DNA of 32,000 bases from an uncultured archaeon. Lineage in GTDB: Archaea > Iainarchaeota > Iainarchaeia > Iainarchaeales > JAAZKV01. Positions 8,034 to 14,408 of the stretch are shown here, one piece after another. The stretch lies in the NCBI GenBank assembly GCA_964551375.1, contig CAZKBG010000001.1, forward strand, positions 420,001 through 452,000, given 5' to 3'. Position 1 is the first letter of the stretch. Every line of letters begins with the position of its first letter. Made by a program: the position numbers and the translations under genes. Below the pieces are notes generated by a model. That model worked only from the letters and a program-made list of their open reading frames with translations, was not told where the DNA came from and searched no databases.

Positions 8034-9899
8034 TTATGAAACAACCCTTGTATAAGAAATATTAACATCAATTAAAATCGGAGAAATATTTGAGTCAACT
8101 GTGTTAAGCACTGCGAGATACTGGACATATCTTCCGTTTGGAACTGAGAGCACAACAGGGCTTGTATTTCCAGCGTTAAACCAATCGCTCCATACCGCGC
8201 CAAGAATGCTTGAGCGGACAAAAATATTTATGTTGGTATCCGATTCGCTGCCCCCTCCTTCAAAGGATTTTGCCCACGCTATAGAATCAAATTCCGCGGA
8301 GCCGAGCAAATCAAACTCCCTTGAGTAAAAGTTTCCGTCAAGAGAATAAACTCCCGCATCCTGCAAAAGCAAAAGCCCGCCAGCGCTTGAAGATACATTA
8401 AAATCTTCCGCCCCTATTGCTGAAGAGAAATTATTCTCTGAATTATCAATAACACTATTCATCGGGTCAAAAATTCCTGACCAATAATAAGCCCCTCCTT
8501 TTGAGAGGAAGCCTGCTTTGAACTTTTCAGAATCATTTTTAATATTTCCATCAAAATTCATGTCAAGAATTCTTGAAGTGTTAAAAATAAAATTAAAATC
8601 ATCCACATCAGCCCAAATACCGGCCGGAATGCTTGAGGACGGAGGAAGCAAATCAACGCCATTTAAGTACATGTGCGTCATGTTTGAATCCTCAAGGTCA
8701 TTTGAGGACAAGAACAGCACTTTATCCACCAAAATATTTGAATCATTGTTGAACACATTCCCGTCAGCAATAGAAAAACCATCTTCTGATACTATTGCGC
8801 TGCTCCAGTCAAAAACAACCGTGCTTGGAACAAGATTTTCAACCACAATAAAATTTATTTCAGACATTGCATCAAGCCCGGCTGATTGAACTCTTAAAAT
8901 CCCGCCATAAGTTCCTGTTGAAGCTGGAGGAATTAAATTTAATTCAAGGGTTTTGCAGGAATTTTTAGGCAAATCGCCAATGCTTTTTGGAAATACATAA
9001 TTTGAAGCCGCGCCGCTGATTGAAATCAAAGCCGAAGCAAAATCCGAAGTTGAATTATTGCAAATAATTACTGAATCAGAAGAATTCAAAGACACCTGCG
9101 CATAAATATTTTTATCAACAGGATAAAGCCCAAGCTTCTTTTGGGAAGAAGCGCAGAAAACATTCACTGGAAATGACAACGGAGTATTTGCACCCGCAAC
9201 CGGAGCGAAATTTACTATTCCTGAATAAGAGCCGAAAGAATCGCTCCCGCAGGATATTTCAAAATTCAACAAAACATTTTCATCAGCGTTAAGAGTAATT
9301 TCCCCCGCATCAATTGAAGAAACAACTGCCCCGCTTCCACTGACAGGGAAATTAATTGACATGTCATAAGTTATTGACTCTTGAGAATAATTAGTAAACA
9401 ACACTCCCGCTGATTTTGACTGGGACTGAATAACTGTTTCTGAAATGCTTGCAGGAACAAAACTTGCTTTTGTCACTGAAACGTGAACAAAATCGTTAAA
9501 TGAAGTGATAACAAAATTAAACGAGCCAGTGGTGTTTGGCCAAATTCCCCTAACATCAATTTTTGTTGAAGCAGTGTGATCGGTTCCCGCAACGCTTAGT
9601 ATAATCGCCCGCCCGCTGATAAAAGATTTGTTTAAATCAACCCCTTCAGGCATGGGAAGAGTAATGCTTCTCACTGTTCCAGGCCCCAAAAAATATGCAT
9701 CATCCACTTCCTTGGCAAGGGCTCTTACCGCAAGCTCTGCTGTGTTCTGCTGCTGCTGGGCATAACCGTAATTCATCTGCTCATAAACCATTGTGACAAG
9801 CGCTGCAAGAATAAAAATCCCAATAGCCATTATCATAAGGGATTCAATGGAAGTCTGTCCAATACGCCTTTTCACATTTTTAGCCGACAAATAAATCAA
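8034..9899 (-). CDS. Large pilin-like surface protein (class III signal peptide plus ~580-aa Ser/Asn-rich extracellular region)
   Basis: N-terminus is ...KNVKRRIGQTSIESLMIMAIGIFILAALVTMVY. I count about 15 N-x-S/T sequons by hand. The internal motifs DSFGSYSGIVNFAP and SCKTLELNLIPPAS are shared with the 9970..11076 product. Start is TTG 9899 or in-frame GTG 9875. Confidence 0.75.
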   Translation of the reverse strand: MIYLSAKNVKRRIGQTSIESLMIMAIGIFILAALVTMVYEQMNYGYAQQQQNTAELAVRALAKEVDDAYFLGPGTVRSITLPMPEGVDLNKSFISGRAIILSVAGTDHTASTKIDVRGIWPNTTGSFNFVITSFNDFVHVSVTKASFVPASISETVIQSQSKSAGVLFTNYSQESITYDMSINFPVSGSGAVVSSIDAGEITLNADENVLLNFEISCGSDSFGSYSGIVNFAPVAGANTPLSFPVNVFCASSQKKLGLYPVDKNIYAQVSLNSSDSVIICNNSTSDFASALISISGAASNYVFPKSIGDLPKNSCKTLELNLIPPASTGTYGGILRVQSAGLDAMSEINFIVVENLVPSTVVFDWSSAIVSEDGFSIADGNVFNNDSNILVDKVLFLSSNDLEDSNMTHMYLNGVDLLPPSSSIPAGIWADVDDFNFIFNTSRILDMNFDGNIKNDSEKFKAGFLSKGGAYYWSGIFDPMNSVIDNSENNFSSAIGAEDFNVSSSAGGLLLLQDAGVYSLDGNFYSREFDLLGSAEFDSIAWAKSFEGGGSESDTNINIFVRSSILGAVWSDWFNAGNTSPVVLSVPNGRYVQYLAVLNTVDSNISPILIDVNISYTRVVS

Positions 9900-9969
9900 C
9901 TCTAAAGAGCATTATATTAACCAAATTGAGCTTTAAAATAGTTTTTAGAGCGAAAAAATGGCTTCTTAA

Positions 9970-11076
9970 TCAGCTGACTGCAACTTCAACAAACCCAGCT
10001 GCCCTGTTTGAATCATTATAAACGGCAAAAAAGTTTGAATCATAAACCATGCTGGGCGCCCCTGGAGGAATATTAAAAGTTAAATTAAATGACTTGCACG
10101 CTCCCGAGTTAATTGAATCAATAGGATTTCCACCCAAATCAAGGGCGGGAAGATTATACCAGTCAAGCATATTGGCATCGCTTCTTGAAACTTTTTCCCA
10201 AACAATTCCTGAAACTAAATTTTCAGAAGAATTGCATATTGAAAAACTTTTCACAGCAGAACTGCCCGCGGAAGCTGCAAACGAAGTGCTTTTTGGGTAA
10301 ATTGCAAGCGCGCTCGCGTCAGGAAAAGCTTCAATTGAGAAAACAATTCTCTTTGAATAATTTGAATCGCTAACTCCGTTGCTCAACTGCGCATTTATAT
10401 CAAACACCCCGACATAATTTCCGTAAGCAGAAGAACTCAAAGAAATATTAAAATCAATTAATTTTGACTCGCCTGTGTTTAGAACAAACTCAGAGCACCC
10501 TTCGCACATTTGAAAACTTGCCTCGCTTCCGCCCTCAAAAGTCTGGCTAATCCAAAACCTTGCGCCAAAGCTTGATAAATTTCTTATAGTAAAAAAGCTC
10601 CCCGCCGTGCTTGACTGCTTTGCCGAAAGAGAAACGCTTTCAGCGCTCAATTCGAAATCATCATACAATAGTTTTACCACATTTCCGTCAAAGTACATGT
10701 TAGCAAAATAAGAGCCAAAAATATATCTGCCGTTTTCCTTCTTCCAGTCCCCGAGAATTATCACATCGGCAGAACTAATCACATCCCCGCCGTTTGAAAG
10801 AGCCAAATTAACTTCCCTGCCGTTAATCGCGCTCGCATTCATCCTAAGCGAATCAGGAAGTTCAATTAAAATCCTTGATTTTGAGCCCGCGCCAGAAGCA
10901 TAAAGCACATTGGCAGTATTAACAATTCTATCAACCGTAACTTTTGCAGTGGTCTGCTCTCTTGCAATCTGGCTTGAGTTAACCTGATTTGTGTAAAGAG
11001 AAAAAATTATGCTCAAAGCAAGCATGGAAGCGGCAAGGATTAAAATCAATTCAACAGTAGTCTGCCCTCGATTCAT
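9970..11076 (-). CDS. Large pilin-like surface protein (class III signal peptide)
   Basis: From ATG 11076 the product reads MNRGQTTVELILILAASMLALSIIFSLY. ATAAATAC (minus strand, 11105-11098) sits about 22 nt upstream, consistent with a leaderless transcript. The ORF-track start at 11133 is GTG and adds 19 non-signal residues. An oligo-T run follows directly after the stop. Confidence 0.75.
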   Translation of the reverse strand: MNRGQTTVELILILAASMLALSIIFSLYTNQVNSSQIAREQTTAKVTVDRIVNTANVLYASGAGSKSRILIELPDSLRMNASAINGREVNLALSNGGDVISSADVIILGDWKKENGRYIFGSYFANMYFDGNVVKLLYDDFELSAESVSLSAKQSSTAGSFFTIRNLSSFGARFWISQTFEGGSEASFQMCEGCSEFVLNTGESKLIDFNISLSSSAYGNYVGVFDINAQLSNGVSDSNYSKRIVFSIEAFPDASALAIYPKSTSFAASAGSSAVKSFSICNSSENLVSGIVWEKVSRSDANMLDWYNLPALDLGGNPIDSINSGACKSFNLTFNIPPGAPSMVYDSNFFAVYNDSNRAAGFVEVAVS

Positions 11077-11180
11077 GAATAGTAAAACGATTTTACTGTA
11101 TTTATTTATTGCTAAATGGGAAAAAGCCCTCACTAACCGCCCTCAAAAGTATTTTATAAGGAAAAACCCCTTTATGTTGC

Positions 11181-11744
11181 ATGATAAATGCAACTTTCAT
11201 GAAAGAAGCGATTGCAACTTCGGATAAAAAAGTCACTTTTGTGATGCTTAATCAAAAACAGGGAAAGGACGCTGTTGAATTCACAATTAACGCGCTCTTA
11301 AATCAAATGAAAAAAATTGTTTTAATTGCGTTCTCAAAACAGCCATCGGAGTCATTCAGACAAATAATAACTCAAAATGATAATATTTCGCTTATTGACT
11401 GCTCAGGAAGCTTGAACGAAAATCCAAGGACAATATCAATAGGAAACCCTTCAGATTTGACAAGCCTGCAGGTGGCGCTTGATAAAATTGACAAGGAAAT
11501 CGCAGGACCCAAGACTATAATATTTGATTCAGTAAATATGATGGCTATTTACAACAAAAAGGATGATTTTGGGAGATTTATTCACTTACTAAGCAACAAA
11601 ATGCGGCTTAAAGAAAATTCAATTATCTTTTTCACAACAAAAGAATCCACAAACCAGAATGCTCTTGATGTAATGCAGGAGCTTGCGGATAAAACATACG
11701 ATTACAGCAGCCTCTTAATCGGCGCAATATCAGTTTACGAATAA
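11181..11744 (+). CDS. RecA/KaiC(FlaH)-like protein with degenerate P-loop; paralog of the edge gene 1..484
   Basis: Has a RecA-like beta-strand/helix pattern: KKVTFVMLNQKQGKDAVEF (only GK remains where GxxGxGKT would be), a Walker-B-like TIIFDSVNMM, and IIFFTT. It shares ..LIDCSGS...ISIGNPSDLTSLQVALDKI with the edge gene. An alternative start is ATG 11199. Confidence 0.5.
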   Translation: MINATFMKEAIATSDKKVTFVMLNQKQGKDAVEFTINALLNQMKKIVLIAFSKQPSESFRQIITQNDNISLIDCSGSLNENPRTISIGNPSDLTSLQVALDKIDKEIAGPKTIIFDSVNMMAIYNKKDDFGRFIHLLSNKMRLKENSIIFFTTKESTNQNALDVMQELADKTYDYSSLLIGAISVYE

Positions 11745-11814
11745 TAACCAAGAAACAAAAAGTTTGATCCTGATAACCCTGATTTAGAGAGGAAGAATTC
11801 TAAAAAAAATATTT

Positions 11815-12705
11815 TTAGAACACTTCAACATCAGGATAAATTGCAATTCCATCTTTTTCAAAATTCATCGCGCAAACTTTATTTGTGTGCCGAGTGCCGC
11901 GCATCTTAATTACTTCAAGAGAGTGAATTCTAATTCCTCTTTCCTGATCATGCGCATAATAAAGCGAAACAATCGCATCGCTGATGAACCCGATGCTCCC
12001 CTCTTCTTTTTCAATATCAGCAGGAGAATCCTCGCAAACAACCATGGAAGTAACCCCCCATTTTCGAAGCAGGTTAAAAAATTCAAGTATTTTTTCTCTT
12101 CTCTTATACTCATCCCTGAAAAGAAGCCCATATGCTGTCACTGAATCAACAACAACCCTCTGCGCGCTTACTTCCGCAAGCGCATCCCTAATCTGCCCGC
12201 CCCCTTCTTCAAGTATTTTAGTTACCTGGTGCGGCTTAAACTCAAGCAAACGAAACTTATTTTCCTTTTCAAGCTTCTCAAAATCCCAGCCGAATTGATT
12301 TGCATGCCTAAACAAAGATGTTCTATCTTCTTCAAAAGTAATGAAAACGCCAGGCTCGTTAAACTCTTCAGCGCCTTTATACAAAAACTGAAGACTCAAA
12401 AGGGTTTTTCCAGTTCCTGAAGCGCCGACTACAAGAACAATTGATTCCCTCTCATACCCTCCGCTAATAAGCTCATCAAAACCGTTAATCCCTGTCTTAA
12501 CTCTTGTTTGAGGAGTGCCCTTATTTACACGCTCAACAACAAACTTTTTGTCATCAAAACCGCCCAAATCATCATCAGGACCAAGCGGAGAAGTGAGCGG
12601 TTTAATTTTAATTGAGCCGCTCGGGTCAGTATTTATGCTAAAACCCGGCTGGGAGAAAGAAAGCTTATTTTTATTCAAAGAAAAAACATTTTCTTCATCA
12701 GGCAT
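11815..12705 (-). CDS. KaiC/RadA-like single-domain RecA-superfamily ATPase
   Basis: Walker A LVVGASGTGKTLLSLQF, Walker B RVVVDSVTAY, and the KaiC-family pattern GINGFDELISGGYERESIVLV. There is a ~60-aa Pro/Gly/Asp-rich N-terminal extension. Confidence 0.85.
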   Translation of the reverse strand: MPDEENVFSLNKNKLSFSQPGFSINTDPSGSIKIKPLTSPLGPDDDLGGFDDKKFVVERVNKGTPQTRVKTGINGFDELISGGYERESIVLVVGASGTGKTLLSLQFLYKGAEEFNEPGVFITFEEDRTSLFRHANQFGWDFEKLEKENKFRLLEFKPHQVTKILEEGGGQIRDALAEVSAQRVVVDSVTAYGLLFRDEYKRREKILEFFNLLRKWGVTSMVVCEDSPADIEKEEGSIGFISDAIVSLYYAHDQERGIRIHSLEVIKMRGTRHTNKVCAMNFEKDGIAIYPDVEVF

Positions 12706-12745
12706 TCATACCACGCAGTAAATCCACAGATAAACGATTTTAATC

Positions 12746-12753
12746 TATTTAAA
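12746..12753 (-). promoter_or_regulatory. TATA box (TTTAAATA on minus strand) of the KaiC-like gene
   Basis: Minus-strand reading is GGCTTTAAATAGATT, about 41 nt upstream of ATG 12705. Confidence 0.45.
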
Positions 12754-12810
12754 GCCAACGTTTAAAGCAAAACACGAAAAGCAGCGCTCATAAAAAATTG
12801 ATTCTTTTAT

Positions 12811-12848
12811 AAAAAAATAGATACTTGGAAAGCTATTTGCTTCCCAAG
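12811..12848 (-). terminator. Hairpin plus T7 terminator after the 58-aa ORF
   Basis: On minus-strand RNA, CUUGGGAAGC, loop AAAUA, then GCUUUCCAAG forms a 10-bp stem including one G-U. A T7 run follows (plus-strand A7 at 12811-12817). Confidence 0.5.
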
Positions 12849-12868
12849 ATAAGGATTCTCTAATTAAC

Positions 12869-13045
12869 TTAGAAATCGCATGCTCTAACAGTCTTTCTGC
12901 CGTTTTCTTTTGCTCTTGCAGCAGCTTTCTTTATCATTTTAGCTACTTCAGCGCTTAAAGCGTCAACAGCGTCGCCTGCAGTGTTGCAGTCTTCAGCCTT
13001 GATTGCGTCTTTTACTTTTGATGCTACTACCAATACTTCTGTCAT
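12869..13045 (-). CDS. Small (58 aa) histone-fold-like protein, resembling the DUF1931 family
   Basis: Hand translation gives MTEVLVVASKVKDAIKAEDCNTAGDAVDALSAEVAKMIKKAAARAKENGRKTVRACDF. It is below the ORF-track size cut-off. A GGGGG RBS lies 8 nt upstream, TTTAAATAC is upstream, and a hairpin/T-run terminator is downstream. The DUF1931 family assignment is from memory. Confidence 0.65.
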   Translation of the reverse strand: MTEVLVVASKVKDAIKAEDCNTAGDAVDALSAEVAKMIKKAAARAKENGRKTVRACDF

Positions 13046-13129
13046 AAATAAAACCCCCTTTGCCTAGCGAGAATCACTAAATTACTAACAACTCTCACCA
13101 CAAAGCTATCCAAAAATGAGATGTAAAGG

Positions 13130-13138
13130 GTATTTAAA
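13130..13138 (-). promoter_or_regulatory. TATA box (TTTAAATAC on minus strand) of the 58-aa ORF
   Basis: The 9-mer is identical to the pilin promoter element and lies about 85 nt upstream of ATG 13045. Confidence 0.45.
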
Positions 13139-13251
13139 TTAAATGGTTCAAATTGACGATTTAAGGCACTTTAACCCTGTTTTTGCTTTGATTAAATCAG
13201 CTTTTCGCCAAAAAAACGAGTTAAAAAGACTTTTTGCCACCAGTATTAACT

Positions 13252-13307
13252 GCCTGTGATGATGCATTTTACTCTGAATAGTGATGAGTGATGGGCGAGC
13301 TGAGGCG
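13252..13307 (+). ncRNA. C/D-box sRNA (2'-O-methylation guide)
   Basis: The parts, in order:
- C box GTGATGA (13256-13262);
- 11-nt guide TGCATTTTACT;
- D' box CTGA (13274-13277);
- 3-nt spacer;
- C' box GTGATGA (13281-13287);
- 12-nt guide GTGATGGGCGAG;
- D box CTGA (13300-13303).
Terminal GCC/GGC can pair. A TATA-like TTAAAAAG (13221-13228) lies about 24 nt upstream, and a T-rich tract follows. Confidence 0.8.
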
Positions 13308-13374
13308 CTAATACTTTTATATTTGGAAAAAATAAAAAAATGCATTTTAAGATTAGTTTCTTGTTTTTAGTGAT

Positions 13375-13902
13375 TTACAATAAAATTCTTTCAGCAGAGT
13401 AATAATTCACAAAATCTTCAGAATCAATAACCGCAATTAAAACAACTGTGTGAATATTGCCTGAGAGTCTTGTCATTCTGCTCAACTGAGGCATGGTAAG
13501 TTTCTCTGATTCAGGAGCCACATGAATTACATATTTTGAATGCTCCTCGCCCATTTTCTTTCCTTTGGGGTAAACTCTAAAATCAAATCCAAACTTCAGC
13601 CCTGTTTTAACGCAGTAACCTTTTTCCCTTAAATCAGAATATACTAAAAACTTGGAATAAAACCGCTTATCCTTCTCAAGCGCAAGAGCAAGAAGCTTTT
13701 TTTCACCCACTAACTTGTTCTTCTTATCAACAACATTTAATTTGCTGTTTTTTGACAAATAAACTGATTCAAATAAATCAAGCACCAAATTTCGTCCCTT
13801 GTTTTCTCCAAAACCCTTCTCGACAAGAATCCCCTTAAGAGTGGCGTCCTCAACAACAACCTTATTCTCAAACAAATGAGCAATATTCTCAATTTCGGCC
13901 AT
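13375..13902 (-). CDS. endA: tRNA-splicing endonuclease (short, homotetramer-type size)
   Basis: Contains ...GLKFGFDFRVYPKGKKMGEEHSKYVIHVAPESEKLTMPQLSRMTRLSGNIHTVVLIAV, matching the catalytic-domain pattern of archaeal EndA. The start is taken as ATG 13902 (MAEIENIAHLF...). The ORF-track start at 13956 would overlap the upstream gene by 41 nt. Confidence 0.85.
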   Translation of the reverse strand: MAEIENIAHLFENKVVVEDATLKGILVEKGFGENKGRNLVLDLFESVYLSKNSKLNVVDKKNKLVGEKKLLALALEKDKRFYSKFLVYSDLREKGYCVKTGLKFGFDFRVYPKGKKMGEEHSKYVIHVAPESEKLTMPQLSRMTRLSGNIHTVVLIAVIDSEDFVNYYSAERILL

Positions 13903-13915
13903 AAAATCACTTATC

Positions 13916-14320
13916 TTATCTCTTCTTCTCCGCATCAACTGACACAGCAACTTCAACTACATCCACATGCACTTTATTTTTTTTCAGCTCTTTTACTATG
14001 TCATCAAAAAACTGAATTTCCTGCTTTACTAAAACCACTTTGTCAACTTTCTTAATCAAAGCAATTGAAACGATTTTTGGAATTGTTGAACCCCACTCTG
14101 TGAGCTCGTCATACTTCTTCCTTTTAGCACCAATTTCTTTTTTAATCCCGTCAAGAACAATCCTAAACTGCCTGACTTCACCCATAGCAGAGCCAGCTCT
14201 CGGGCTAAAATCCTTATCCACTATCTGAAGCAGAATAATTTCATCCACTTTATTTGTAATAGCCTCAATAAAAGCAGGCTCTTTTTCTCTGCCTGTTAAG
14301 ACAGGAACTAAAATCTTCAT
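13916..14320 (-). CDS. Hypothetical protein, possibly USP-like (adenine nucleotide alpha-hydrolase fold)
   Basis: MKILVPVLTGREKEPAFIEAI...VDKVVLVKQ shows the alternating strand/helix pattern of USP-like proteins, but no clear ATP-binding G-x2-G-x9-G(S/T) motif. It appears to be in an operon with endA. Confidence 0.35.
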   Translation of the reverse strand: MKILVPVLTGREKEPAFIEAITNKVDEIILLQIVDKDFSPRAGSAMGEVRQFRIVLDGIKKEIGAKRKKYDELTEWGSTIPKIVSIALIKKVDKVVLVKQEIQFFDDIVKELKKNKVHVDVVEVAVSVDAEKKR

Positions 14321-14321
14321 A

Positions 14322-14376
14322 AGCGTTCAATACATTAGTAGGGGGTTAATCAGATTAAAAACCTATTTTGAACGCT
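14322..14376. promoter_or_regulatory. Perfect 9-bp inverted repeat in a divergent promoter region
   Basis: AGCGTTCAA (14322-14330) and TTGAACGCT (14368-14376) are separated by 37 nt. They bracket the TATA-like TTTTTAAT of the minus-strand gene. TTAAATATT (14381-14389) serves the plus-strand gene. Confidence 0.4.
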
Positions 14377-14408
14377 ACACTTAAATATTACAAAGCAGTG
14401 TTCTTTTC

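Noticed and set aside
13148-13345. 65-aa minus-strand ORF
   Set aside because: It overlaps the C/D-box sRNA on the opposite strand. It has no RBS, and the product looks like random basic/hydrophobic sequence.
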